A program made the translations under genes and the position numbers. The notes under the pieces were generated by a model, which was not told the DNA's origin, did no database searches, and was given only the letters and a program-made list of their open reading frames with translations. A stretch of DNA of 64,000 nt from Lachnospiraceae bacterium (GTDB taxonomy: Bacteria; Bacillota; Clostridia; Lachnospirales; Lachnospiraceae): positions 158 to 64,157 of the forward strand of contig JALFLW010000079.1 of assembly GCA_022774505.1 (NCBI GenBank), read 5' to 3'. Below, in pieces: positions 29,536 through 39,251 of this stretch. How positions within the stretch are numbered: position 1 is the stretch's first letter; each line of letters starts with the position of its first letter.

Positions 29536-31416
29536 TCAGACAGCAGCATCCCTCTTCTCTGTGCACACACCGCCGCCAAAACGTGCCGCACCACATCCTG
29601 CACACTGCTGGCGGCAGTTTGGTGTCACAATTGCTTCTTTTGCTCTATGATATTCTCTCAGCAGAAATTCTTTTGTCACGCCACAGTCAATAAAATCCCA
29701 TGGGAAAAGCTCGTCCTCGCTGCGCTCTCTGTCATTATAAAATTCCATCGTCAGATGATGATCTGCAAATGCCTTCTGCCATACATCATACTTAAAATAT
29801 TCTGTCCATGCATCATAGATACAGCCTTCCCGGTATGCCTGCAGAATAACATCATTTAACCTTCTGTCACCTCTTGCAAATACTCCTTCCAAAACAGACA
29901 CATCTGCATCATGACAATTATACTTAATACTCTTAGCATTTAACTGGCTTTTTACCTTCTCTAACAAAAAGTTTCTCTTTTCTACCGCTTCCTGCTGCGA
30001 ATTCATTCTCGCCCATTGAAACGGTGTGAACGGCTTTGGCACAAAAATCGATGTGCTCGTCACGATATTCACTTTTCCCTTGCGTTCCTCCTTTGGGATC
30101 GTATAATACTCTCTGGCTATCTTGTCCGAAAGGACAGCGATCTCCTCAATATCATCATATGTTTCCCCCGGAAGACCCAGCATAAAATAAAGCTTTACCC
30201 TGGTCCATCCGCCACGGAATGCATCCATGGCACCGTTTAATATATTTTCCTCTGTCAGCCCTTTATTGATAACATTTCTCATCCTCTGGGATCCCGCTTC
30301 CGGAGCAAAAGTAAGACTGCTCTTTCTCACATCCTGTACCTTTGACATGACATCAAGTGAAAATGCATCGATCCTAAGAGATGGCAGTGCAATATTTATA
30401 CCGTTTTTGCTGCACTCATCGATCAGCCAGTATACAAGCTCCGGCAGTTCTTTGTAGTCACTGGAGCTTAGAGAACTCAATGTGATCTCCTCGTGTCCGG
30501 TTGCCTCCAGCATTTGAACAGCCCGCTTCTTTAAAAATTCCAGCTTCCGTGGACGGATAGGTCTGTAAAGAACTCCTGCCTGACAGAAACGGCAGCCGCG
30601 AATACATCCTCTCTGTATCTCAAGCACGACCCTGTCCTGTGTAACCTTAATATATGGCACCAGCGGTTTCTCCGGATAATATGTGTTTTCCATATCCATT
30701 TCTACTTCCTTCAGTACCTTTACCGGTGCTTCCGGAACGATCGGCTCAAAAGCCGCTAATGTCCCATCCTCATGATAGGACGCTTCGTAAAACATTGGTA
30801 CATAGATTCCCGGAATCTGTGCCGCCCTCTTTAGAAATGATATTCTATCTCCCCCGGATCTTTTCCATTCGATATATTCATCCATCATACGACGGTACTG
30901 AGTCTCTCCCTCTCCGATATAAAACATATCAAAGAAGTCAGCGATCGGCTCCGGATTGTAGCTGCACGGACCTCCTCCGATCACAAATGGATCATCCATC
31001 TTACGCTCCGCCGCCTTTAATGGTATTCCTGACAGATCCAGCACCTGCAAAATATTGGTGTAACACATTTCATATTGGAGCGTAATTCCCAAAAAGTCAA
31101 AATTCTTGATCGGATCCTGTGTTTCCAGTGAAAATAATGGAATGTGCCGCTCTCTCATGATGCGATCCAGATCAACCCATGGAGAATATACCCTTTCGCA
31201 GTAAACATCATCCCATTGATTAAACATATCATATAAAATCTGAATCCCCAGATGAGACATTCCGATCTCATAAACATCCGGGAAGCACATACAGAACCGC
31301 ACAGATACATCTGCCGGATCCTTTTTCACCATATTGATCTCATTTCCAATATATCTCGCCGGTTTCTCTACCGATAAAAGTATCTCATCCGATAAGGCTA
31401 ATTTTCTCCTACTCAT
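29536..31416 (-). CDS. B12-binding-domain radical SAM protein, TIGR03960 family
   Basis: 626 aa. N-terminus ILLSVEKPARYIGNEINMVKK...CFPDVYEIGMSHLGIQILY. Radical SAM cluster CIRGCRFCQAG. C-terminal Cys cluster CRQQCAGCGA. Confidence 0.8.
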   Translation of the reverse strand: MSRRKLALSDEILLSVEKPARYIGNEINMVKKDPADVSVRFCMCFPDVYEIGMSHLGIQILYDMFNQWDDVYCERVYSPWVDLDRIMRERHIPLFSLETQDPIKNFDFLGITLQYEMCYTNILQVLDLSGIPLKAAERKMDDPFVIGGGPCSYNPEPIADFFDMFYIGEGETQYRRMMDEYIEWKRSGGDRISFLKRAAQIPGIYVPMFYEASYHEDGTLAAFEPIVPEAPVKVLKEVEMDMENTYYPEKPLVPYIKVTQDRVVLEIQRGCIRGCRFCQAGVLYRPIRPRKLEFLKKRAVQMLEATGHEEITLSSLSSSDYKELPELVYWLIDECSKNGINIALPSLRIDAFSLDVMSKVQDVRKSSLTFAPEAGSQRMRNVINKGLTEENILNGAMDAFRGGWTRVKLYFMLGLPGETYDDIEEIAVLSDKIAREYYTIPKEERKGKVNIVTSTSIFVPKPFTPFQWARMNSQQEAVEKRNFLLEKVKSQLNAKSIKYNCHDADVSVLEGVFARGDRRLNDVILQAYREGCIYDAWTEYFKYDVWQKAFADHHLTMEFYNDRERSEDELFPWDFIDCGVTKEFLLREYHRAKEAIVTPNCRQQCAGCGAARFGGGVCTEKRDAAV

Positions 31417-31463
31417 GTATTCACGAAATCCTTTCTGTCCTGAATCAGGTATATAAAATATGC

Positions 31464-31895
31464 TTATTTCCCTGATATGCTTTTTTTCATATCTGAGCTG
31501 TTATCTATGCTTTCCTTCTGTATCATATAATATATTTTCTGTACCTTTTGTTCCACTCTGTTCCATAGGGATTCATCCGACATACACTCCTGAACATATC
31601 TCTTGTTGAATCCTCGATATTCAAAGTCTGAAGCAAACGCTCCGATCAAGACAAGCACAAGCATAATCGAAGTCATGAAACGAAACAGCCCAAAATGAAA
31701 CACCGGTGCAGCGTCCTCATGCACTTCCTCCAAATCAGCCATATATCCGGACATCTCCCGGTTATATCTCCGTCCACCCGAAGGTGTTTGTTGAAAGGAC
31801 GCTTTTGCCGCCAATATCTTCTGCTGGCGGTTTATCTGAGGCTGCTGCTCCGATGCTGTCATCTTCCTATAATATCCTGTTTCTGAATATCTCAT
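31464..31895 (-). CDS. hypothetical single-pass membrane protein
   Basis: The ATG at 31895 follows a ggaggg SD. One TM helix (FMTSIMLVLVLIGAFA). No recognisable family. Confidence 0.45.
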   Translation of the reverse strand: MRYSETGYYRKMTASEQQPQINRQQKILAAKASFQQTPSGGRRYNREMSGYMADLEEVHEDAAPVFHFGLFRFMTSIMLVLVLIGAFASDFEYRGFNKRYVQECMSDESLWNRVEQKVQKIYYMIQKESIDNSSDMKKSISGK

Positions 31896-31976
31896 AATTT
31901 TCCCTCCACTCAAATATTCTCATACACATTTCCGGCAAAAAGACTGCTGATATTAATATATGAGTGAGAGGCCTGT

Positions 31977-32990
31977 TTATTCGTCCCAGCTTAAACCCGG
32001 ATATTCATTACATTTATCTCTGACTAATAGTCCGTGAACCGCATCAAGGATTGGCAGATTTTCAAACAACACTTTATTGATCTGTTCTACGATCGGCATG
32101 CTTACCTGATATTTGCGGGCCAGTGCCATTGCTGCCTTCGCTGAATAAACTCCTTCAACCACCTGATTTACTTCTTTCATTGCAGCATCTGTTGTATATC
32201 CCTTTCCTATAAGATATCCTGCCGTATGATTCCTACTGTGTTCACTGGTACATGTCACGATCAGATCACCAATGCCGGAAAGTCCCATAAAGGTTTCCAT
32301 CTTTCCGCCCATTTTCACTCCCAGCCGACTGATCTCCGTAATCCCTCTGGTGATCAATGCTGCCCTTGTATTGTCTCCAAATCCCATGCCGTCTATAACT
32401 CCTGCAGCCAGTGCGATCACATTTTTGATAGATCCGCCCAGTTCAATCCCTATAATATCCGAACTGGTATAGACACGAAATCTCTCATTCATAAAAATCT
32501 CCTGCACCAGCTCAGCGGACTCTCTTTTGACAGAACCGACAACCACTGTCGTCGGTACCCCTACAGCGACTTCTTCGGCATGACTCGGTCCTGACAAAAC
32601 GGACACGTCTGCCTGTGGGATTTCTGAAACGATGACATCACGCAGTGTACATAATGTATCATTTTCAATTCCCTTTGCCACATTTACAATACACTGTCCC
32701 TCTTTAATATACTGTGCTGCATTTTTGGCAGTCTGACGTACAAAAGGAGATGCCACCGAAAAAACAACAAGATCTGCTCCGGTACAGGCTTCCTTAAGCT
32801 CCTTTGTCAATATAACAGAGTCGGGAAGCTTCACCCCGGGAAGTCTGTCCTTATGTTCCCTTTCTCTGCTTAACATATCAATCTCTGATCCTACTGCCGA
32901 CCAGAGCGTCACCTCATGTCCGTTTTTTGCCAGCATGATCGCCAATGCGGTTCCCCAGCTTCCGGCCCCAAGAAAACTTACCTTACTCAT
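31977..32990 (-). CDS. gpsA: NAD(P)H-dependent glycerol-3-phosphate dehydrogenase
   Basis: Rossmann motif VSFLGAGSWGTALA, then GPSHAEEV and KNVIALAAG. The start was trimmed to MSKVSFLG so that it abuts the plsY stop. Confidence 0.9.
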   Translation of the reverse strand: MSKVSFLGAGSWGTALAIMLAKNGHEVTLWSAVGSEIDMLSREREHKDRLPGVKLPDSVILTKELKEACTGADLVVFSVASPFVRQTAKNAAQYIKEGQCIVNVAKGIENDTLCTLRDVIVSEIPQADVSVLSGPSHAEEVAVGVPTTVVVGSVKRESAELVQEIFMNERFRVYTSSDIIGIELGGSIKNVIALAAGVIDGMGFGDNTRAALITRGITEISRLGVKMGGKMETFMGLSGIGDLIVTCTSEHSRNHTAGYLIGKGYTTDAAMKEVNQVVEGVYSAKAAMALARKYQVSMPIVEQINKVLFENLPILDAVHGLLVRDKCNEYPGLSWDE

Positions 32991-32991
32991 A

Positions 32992-33624
32992 TTAACTATC
33001 ACGTCCTTCCGTCTTTTTTCCCCATAGAGGATTTTCATTTCCATGAATTAACCGAACAATATTATTGCGATGCTGAAAATATGCCAGTGCGGTAAAGATC
33101 AGACTGATTATCATCATATGTATAAATTTCGGATCGTCCCGGTACAAAACAAATGTATTGACCGGAATATACCAGGCTACAAATAATGAACCTACCGAAA
33201 CATAACGGGTCAATGCCACCATAATGATAAAAATGGCCAGGCCGATCGGAATCATCAGCGGATGACAGGCAGACATAACCACTGCCGCCGTGACAGCAAT
33301 ACCCTTTCCCCCTCGAAATCCCAGGTAAAAGGGATAATTATGTCCTAATACTACGCCCAGACCGCAATACAGACACCAAAGATACCACTGCTCCGGTGCA
33401 AACACAAAACGGATCACCAGGATAGGAACAAATGCCTTTGCCAGATCGCCCACAAATGTGATCAGTGCCGGAATCTTTCCAAGACTACGAAGAACATTTG
33501 TTGTTCCTGCATTTCCGCTTCCTTTTGTCCGAATATCTATATGATAAAATCTTCCCACAAAATATCCCATTGAAATACATCCACAGAAATATCCTACGAT
33601 CAGGCAGATAATATAAGAAGCCAT
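32992..33624 (-). CDS. plsY: acyl-phosphate:glycerol-3-phosphate acyltransferase
   Basis: 210-aa membrane protein with GSGNAGTTN and FRGGKGIA motifs. der-plsY-gpsA synteny. Confidence 0.9.
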   Translation of the reverse strand: MASYIICLIVGYFCGCISMGYFVGRFYHIDIRTKGSGNAGTTNVLRSLGKIPALITFVGDLAKAFVPILVIRFVFAPEQWYLWCLYCGLGVVLGHNYPFYLGFRGGKGIAVTAAVVMSACHPLMIPIGLAIFIIMVALTRYVSVGSLFVAWYIPVNTFVLYRDDPKFIHMMIISLIFTALAYFQHRNNIVRLIHGNENPLWGKKTEGRDS

Positions 33625-33626
33625 GA

Positions 33627-34946
33627 TTATTTTTCCTTCCTTTCTCTGACGAAAAACTTCAATGGCGTTCCCGAAAATCCAAACGCCTCTCTGATCTTAT
33701 TTTCCAGATATCTTGTATATGAAAAATGCATCAGCTTTTTACTATTTACAAAAATAACAAATGTCGGCGGTTTTACGCTCACCTGCGTCATATAATATAT
33801 CTTCAGACGACGTCCCTTGTCTGATGGCGGCTGCTGCATTGCCACAGCCTCTGCAAGTATATCATTAAGCACACCTGTAGCAATACGCAGTGAATGATTC
33901 TGGATCACTACCTCCAATATATCAAAAAGCTTCGGAAGCCTCTGGCCTGTCTTTGCGGAGACAAATGCAATCTCTGCATACGGCAGAAATGATAATACCT
34001 TGCGTATTTCATTGGTATATTTTTTCACCGAGTGGTTGTCCTTCTCTACAGCATCCCACTTGTTTACCACGATTATCATTCCCCGGCCACGGTCATGGGC
34101 AATACCGGCTATTTTTGCATCCTGCTCTGTGATCCCCTCCACGGCATCGATCACCAGCATAACCACATCTGCGCGTTCTACGGCAGAAACAGTACGAAGG
34201 ATTGAATATCTCTCAATCTCTTCTTTTATTTTATTTTTGCGGCGCAAACCTGCCGTGTCAATAAAGACATATTCCTTTCCCTCCCAGGTGATTGCCGTAT
34301 CAACCGCATCCCTGGTTGTCCCTGCGATATCCGAAACGATGACGCGGTTCTCCCCTAAAAGCTTATTAATGATCGATGATTTTCCTACATTTGGCTTTCC
34401 TACGATCGCGATCCGCGGACGCTCATCTTCCTCTTCCTCCAGATCCTGTGGAAAAAGATGAACAATCTCATCAAGCATTTCTCCTATGCCGATCTTTCCC
34501 ACCGATGAAATCGGAAATGGCTCTCCCAGACCCAGATTATAGAATTCATATACATCCATCATCTGCTTATCATAATTATCAATTTTATTTACCACAAGAA
34601 CAATCTTTTTATGTGCCTTGCGCAGCATATCTGCTACCTGATAATCAGCATCCACCAGACCTGTTTTGCCATCTGTCAGGAACAAGACAACATCTGCCAT
34701 CTCAATGGCCATCTCTGCCTGCTCCCGCATATGTTTAAGCATCAGGTCATTTGTCTCCGGCTCGATTCCGCCGGTATCCATCAATGTAAAACTATGATTC
34801 AGCCAGGTCACGTCGGCATAGATCCTGTCCCGGGTCACACCCGGCGTGTCTTTCACGATGGAAATACGTTCACCTACCATCATATTAAACAATGTAGACT
34901 TTCCTACATTGGGACGTCCTACGATTGCAACAATTGGTTTTGCCAT
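33627..34946 (-). CDS. der: ribosome-associated GTPase Der (EngA), double GTPase domain
   Basis: Two G domains (GRPNVGKST ... DTGG ... NKID, and GKPNVGKSS ... DTAG ... NKWD) plus a KH-like C-terminus. Confidence 0.95.
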   Translation of the reverse strand: MAKPIVAIVGRPNVGKSTLFNMMVGERISIVKDTPGVTRDRIYADVTWLNHSFTLMDTGGIEPETNDLMLKHMREQAEMAIEMADVVLFLTDGKTGLVDADYQVADMLRKAHKKIVLVVNKIDNYDKQMMDVYEFYNLGLGEPFPISSVGKIGIGEMLDEIVHLFPQDLEEEEDERPRIAIVGKPNVGKSSIINKLLGENRVIVSDIAGTTRDAVDTAITWEGKEYVFIDTAGLRRKNKIKEEIERYSILRTVSAVERADVVMLVIDAVEGITEQDAKIAGIAHDRGRGMIIVVNKWDAVEKDNHSVKKYTNEIRKVLSFLPYAEIAFVSAKTGQRLPKLFDILEVVIQNHSLRIATGVLNDILAEAVAMQQPPSDKGRRLKIYYMTQVSVKPPTFVIFVNSKKLMHFSYTRYLENKIREAFGFSGTPLKFFVRERKEK

Positions 34947-34970
34947 CTTTAATGCTCCCCCTTGAACATA

Positions 34971-36032
34971 TTATTTTTCTTCCACATTATCTGCAAGATA
35001 TGTCTTTACATTTTTATAAAGCAGATCATCCATAATAAGTTCCTTTGCATCCGTACCATAATAATTTTGGAACTGCTTATTTAACTCCTCTTCATCTTTG
35101 CAATTATATGTGGATAAATAACTCTTCAGCTCTGCTTTATATTCCTTATCGGTAATCTTTATATCTTCTTTTTCAGCAATGGCACCGTAGATCAGCTGCT
35201 TGCCTACATCCTCTTTTGCTGTCTTTTTCAGATCCTTTTTAAAATCAGCCGATGTTGTCTTCTGTGCAGACAGATAATCCGAAATCGTATAGTTATTCTG
35301 TTTCAGATAATAATTGATCGACGTATATAACTGATCATACATCGCCTTTACACGGTCTGACGGATATTCTTTCACCTTTGATGCATTATATACGCTGTCC
35401 CACGCCAGATCCTCGATAGAATGCTGACGCAATGTAGATTTATAATCCTCCAGAGATTTGTACGATGTCAGATTTTTGGTCACAAATTCATCCGTAAGCT
35501 CCGGCAAAACCTTCTTTCCCTGAATATAATTAACCGTAACATGGAATACCGCTTTCTTCCCTGCAAGATCCGGATTATTGGAATACTGCTTCGGAAATGT
35601 TGCCTTCACATCAAGACTCTGTCCGACTTTAGCTCCGATCAGTCCGTCCTCAAATCCCGGAATAAACGTGCCCGAACCGATCGTAAGATTATATCCGTCC
35701 GGATTTTCCTTTTTGGTACAGGTTCCACCGTCAAATTTCTTTCCCTTTACTCTGCCGACATAATAAATATTGACCGTATCGCCCTTCTTTACCTTGCCTT
35801 TTTTCTTCTTTTTATATTCTGCATAATTGTCAAGAGTTGAATCAATCTGCTTCTGCACCTGTTCATCCACCTCTGATTTTTTTAATGAAACCTTTTTGTA
35901 ATCGGTAAGCTGAACGTATTCTGAATCTGCCTTTTTCTCTTTTGTTTTTGTTCCTCCGAGACTGCATCCTGATGTAAATACCATTGTTGCACATAAAAGC
36001 ACGGAAAGTGCTGTTTGACTAATCTTTCTCAA
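34971..36032 (-). CDS. lipoprotein with FKBP-type peptidyl-prolyl isomerase domain and trigger-factor-like C-terminal chaperone domain
   Basis: Lipobox VFTSGCS. FKBP-like segment GDTVNIYYVGRVKGKKFDGG...FIPGFEDGLIGAKVG. The helical C-terminal half resembles the trigger factor C-domain. Confidence 0.6.
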   Translation of the reverse strand: MRKISQTALSVLLCATMVFTSGCSLGGTKTKEKKADSEYVQLTDYKKVSLKKSEVDEQVQKQIDSTLDNYAEYKKKKKGKVKKGDTVNIYYVGRVKGKKFDGGTCTKKENPDGYNLTIGSGTFIPGFEDGLIGAKVGQSLDVKATFPKQYSNNPDLAGKKAVFHVTVNYIQGKKVLPELTDEFVTKNLTSYKSLEDYKSTLRQHSIEDLAWDSVYNASKVKEYPSDRVKAMYDQLYTSINYYLKQNNYTISDYLSAQKTTSADFKKDLKKTAKEDVGKQLIYGAIAEKEDIKITDKEYKAELKSYLSTYNCKDEEELNKQFQNYYGTDAKELIMDDLLYKNVKTYLADNVEEK

Positions 36033-36131
36033 AATATTACCTCCAAAAATTCAATAAAATCATATAACACCATATTAATTTATAACATAAACCACAAAAA
36101 ATGAAAAGACCTTTCATAAAAAAAGCAGGCA

Positions 36132-36160
36132 TTGACGGATACACAGAAAAGCGATATATT
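36132..36160 (+). promoter_or_regulatory. candidate sigma-A promoter for prs
   Basis: TTGACG (36132-36137), 17-nt spacer, TATATT (36155-36160). It lies 39 nt upstream of the prs ATG. Confidence 0.4.
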
Positions 36161-36198
36161 TTTAAGTGTATTGAAATTATTCAGATTGGAGAAATAAC

Positions 36199-37386
36199 AT
36201 GGCAAATATAAATTATCATGATTCTTTACTTGTGGCACCTCTCCGTATCATTGCCCTTAATAATTGCAAGGAGCTTGGAGAAAAGATAAACCAGCTGATC
36301 ATTGAACGGCGTCACAAAGCTCTTTCCGAAACCGGTTCCTGCAGATCTTCTTTCAAAATGCAGGAGTATGACCGGGATGATTATCTGGTCTCTTATGACT
36401 GTCCCCGCTTCGGTACCGGTGAAGGACGTGCCGTGATCAATCAGTCTATTCGCGGAACAGATCTTTTTATCATAGCGGATACTGTCAATTACAGCGAACT
36501 TTTTAAGATGCATGGAAGTGTTTCGCAGATGTCTCCGGATGACCATTTTATGGATCTGAAACGTATCATTATGGCATGTGGCGGTTCTCCACGACGTATC
36601 ACTGTGATCATGCCTTATTTATATGAGGGACGCCAGAATATCCGAATGGCAAACGAGTCTCTGGACTGTGCCCAGGCACTTCAGGAATTGACTGAAATGG
36701 GTGTAGAAACGATCATTACCTTTGATGCCCATGACAGCCGTGTCCAAAATGCGATCCCAATCCACGGTTTCGATAATTTCTATACTTCTTATCAGTTTAT
36801 ACGCGAGATTTTTGAACGTAATCCTGATATGCCGGTAGATAATGAGCATTTAATGATCGTAAGTCCCGACGAGGGAGGTATGGGACGTGCTGTATATTAT
36901 GCCAGTCTTTTAGGTGTTAATATGGGTACTTTTTATCGCCGCCGCGATTATTCTATCATGGTGAATGGCGAGCATCCTATCGTATCGGTTGAATTTTTAG
37001 GAAATGATCTCACCGGCAAAAATATTATCCTCCTGGATGATATGATCGCCTCCGGACAGACGATCATTGATGCTGCTGCCGAGCTAAAGAAACGCGGAGC
37101 CGCCAAGGTGATCATCTGTGCAACCTTTGGTCTGTTCTCCAACGGACTGACCGAGATTGATAAAGCCTATGAAAAGGGGATTTTTGATAATATATACACA
37201 ACAAATCTTGTACATTGCCCAAATGAACTGCTTCATAAACAATATTATGTAAATGTCGATATGAGTGCTTACATCTCCCTGATCATTGATACCTTAAATC
37301 ACGATACATCTGTTAATAACATTCTTGATGCCACAAGCCGTATTCAGGAACTTGTTGAAAAACGTCTTCAAAAACAGAACCGTTAA
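36199..37386 (+). CDS. prs: ribose-phosphate pyrophosphokinase (long form)
   Basis: ITVIMPYLYEGRQ, TFDAHD, VSPDEGG, and the PRPP-binding loop ILLDDMIASGQT. Confidence 0.85.
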   Translation: MANINYHDSLLVAPLRIIALNNCKELGEKINQLIIERRHKALSETGSCRSSFKMQEYDRDDYLVSYDCPRFGTGEGRAVINQSIRGTDLFIIADTVNYSELFKMHGSVSQMSPDDHFMDLKRIIMACGGSPRRITVIMPYLYEGRQNIRMANESLDCAQALQELTEMGVETIITFDAHDSRVQNAIPIHGFDNFYTSYQFIREIFERNPDMPVDNEHLMIVSPDEGGMGRAVYYASLLGVNMGTFYRRRDYSIMVNGEHPIVSVEFLGNDLTGKNIILLDDMIASGQTIIDAAAELKKRGAAKVIICATFGLFSNGLTEIDKAYEKGIFDNIYTTNLVHCPNELLHKQYYVNVDMSAYISLIIDTLNHDTSVNNILDATSRIQELVEKRLQKQNR

Positions 37387-37431
37387 TAAACAAACCGATA
37401 ACTCTATATAATCAACTAAGACGTAACAAAA

Positions 37432-37468
37432 AACCGGGAAACAGATCAAACTGCTTTCCGGTTTTTAT
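37432..37468. terminator. bidirectional rho-independent terminator between convergent prs and pgeF
   Basis: AACCGGGAAA ... TTTCCGGTT stem, preceded by an A-run and followed by TTTTT. Confidence 0.6.
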
Positions 37469-37483
37469 AATTTTTTCACTTTC

Positions 37484-38383
37484 TTACCTGATCCGCAAAA
37501 AACCATTTAAATTTCCACGTTTGCCATGACTGGCACGATGTGAAAACAACAACCCATGATTACAGCAGGTGCAAATTCCCGCCAAATGCATATGTTCCGG
37601 TACTATTCCTGCCCTTTTTAACTGAAACCAGTTTGCCGCCCATAGATCCAGCTGATATTTCTGTTCTCCTTCTGACGTCACCCGGCCCTTCTTTATGATC
37701 TGTCCTATCTCCGGTTTATCATAAACTTCTGCAAATTTTCCGGCTACATCTGCACTGACCTCATAACACTCCTGACAGATCGAGGGACCGATCAATACCT
37801 GTATATCTTCCACCGCACTACCCATGTCCTGAAATTTCTGCACGGTACATTTTCCAATCTCTGCTACAGTCCCTTTCCAGCCGGAATGGGAAGAGGCTAT
37901 GATCTTCTTTTTCGGATCACAAAAAAACAACGGTACACAGTCTGCAAAGGAAGTTGCAAGAAGCACCTCCGGAATATCCGTGATCATCCCATCCACACCC
38001 TTTAATTTCTTTTCTATGTCTGTTCCACCGCAATATTTTTCATCGACATAACAAACAGTTGTCTCATGTATCTGATCCGACAAGATCAATTTGTCAGCAT
38101 CACCGCCGATAGATACACAATACCTGCGATAATTCTCACAGACATTTTCTCTGGACTCTCCTCTATCCCATCCAAGATTCAGAGAAGACAGATATCCCTT
38201 ACTAACTCCCCCAAGTCTGGTAGAAAAAGTCAGCTGCAGCCATTTCTGACGATCAAAGGACCGGAAATGAAGATATGGTACCGGTGCTTTTTTTTCAAAA
38301 ACCGTTTCCTCTTCATCATAATAGCCGCCATATTCTTTTGCAGCTGCCATAAACTCTTCCCGGCTCTTCCTTTTCAATTCCAT
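37484..38383 (-). CDS. pgeF: peptidoglycan editing factor PgeF (YfiH/YlmD, DUF152 multicopper-oxidase-like)
   Basis: Motifs TADCVPLFF, HSGWKGT, and CTCC...LFSHR near the C-terminus. Confidence 0.8.
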   Translation of the reverse strand: MELKRKSREEFMAAAKEYGGYYDEEETVFEKKAPVPYLHFRSFDRQKWLQLTFSTRLGGVSKGYLSSLNLGWDRGESRENVCENYRRYCVSIGGDADKLILSDQIHETTVCYVDEKYCGGTDIEKKLKGVDGMITDIPEVLLATSFADCVPLFFCDPKKKIIASSHSGWKGTVAEIGKCTVQKFQDMGSAVEDIQVLIGPSICQECYEVSADVAGKFAEVYDKPEIGQIIKKGRVTSEGEQKYQLDLWAANWFQLKRAGIVPEHMHLAGICTCCNHGLLFSHRASHGKRGNLNGFLRIR

Positions 38384-38439
38384 CGCCTACTCCTCCTACA
38401 TCCGGTTTCTCCTGTCAATTGCCATCCTCCCAAAAGAAG

Positions 38440-38802
38440 TTATACAAAGTCAAACGCATTTTCTATATGCTCCAATGTGCCATCTCCCGATATCGCGATC
38501 ACATCAAAGCGACAGGCATGATCCGTGCCAAATCCATGCTCTTTATAATAGTACAGCGTTGTCCGGCATATCTGTCTCTGTTTGGCAATATTTACCGATT
38601 CCAATGGATTTCCAAATCCATTTCTTCTACGATACCTGCACTCACAGATAACCAGCATCCCTGCCGCATCCTCCGCAATAATATCGATTTCTCCATGGCG
38701 TCCTGCATGATAATTTCTTTCAAGTATCCTGTAACCTTGTTTTTCCAGATATTGTACAGCCATATTTTCATAGTAATCCCCTATTTCCCGCCTATTATAC
38801 AT
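38440..38802 (-). CDS. YraN-family (UPF0102) endonuclease-like protein
   Basis: 120 aa with YLEKQGYRILERNYH...GEIDIIA and the VICECRYR motif layout of UPF0102. It follows rnhB as in Bacillus (ylqF-rnhB-...-yraN region). Confidence 0.8.
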   Translation of the reverse strand: MYNRREIGDYYENMAVQYLEKQGYRILERNYHAGRHGEIDIIAEDAAGMLVICECRYRRRNGFGNPLESVNIAKQRQICRTTLYYYKEHGFGTDHACRFDVIAISGDGTLEHIENAFDFV

Positions 38803-38824
38803 TCTCCCCTCGTTTCATACGCTT

Positions 38825-39142
38825 TTATTTATTTTTGTTATCCATAACTTTTGCCTTGATATTATCCATGGCATCCACAAATACCAGCACATCAGCAACC
38901 ACCTGATATAATTCCGGTGGAATATATTCGCCGATCTCAATATTTTGCAGGCTGTCAGCAAGCTTCTCATCCTTATGGACCGGTATCTCCTCCTGCTGTG
39001 CCACATCTATGATTTTTTGTGCCAGATACCCCTGACCGGAAGCAATCACCTTAGGTGCCTGATCAGTCGGCTGATATTCTAACGCAACCGCCGTTTTCTT
39101 TTGCGGATGGCGGAAATATCGAAAATCATCCTGTTGTGCCAT
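38825..39142 (-). CDS. FlhB C-terminal-domain-like small protein (YlqH family)
   Basis: 105 aa. APKVIASGQGYLAQKIIDVAQQEEIPVHKDEKLADSL...IPPELYQVVADVLVFV resembles the FlhB/YscU cytoplasmic C-domain. Orphan position next to rnhB, as for B. subtilis ylqH. Confidence 0.7.
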   Translation of the reverse strand: MAQQDDFRYFRHPQKKTAVALEYQPTDQAPKVIASGQGYLAQKIIDVAQQEEIPVHKDEKLADSLQNIEIGEYIPPELYQVVADVLVFVDAMDNIKAKVMDNKNK

Positions 39143-39251
39143 AAATAATCCTTCCTTTCGCCTATCCCCTCACACTTTTGGGACTGTCACACATAATTTT
39201 CATAGAATTTCTTATTTCTGTGCAGTTTATTTTATTGTGAGCAGACAAAGA

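Noticed and set aside
38825-39142. FlhB/YscU C-terminal-like gene, considered as a hint of a type III or flagellar export system.
   Set aside because: It is a stand-alone 105-aa protein in the conserved rbgA-rnhB neighbourhood, equivalent to B. subtilis ylqH. No other export-apparatus genes are nearby.
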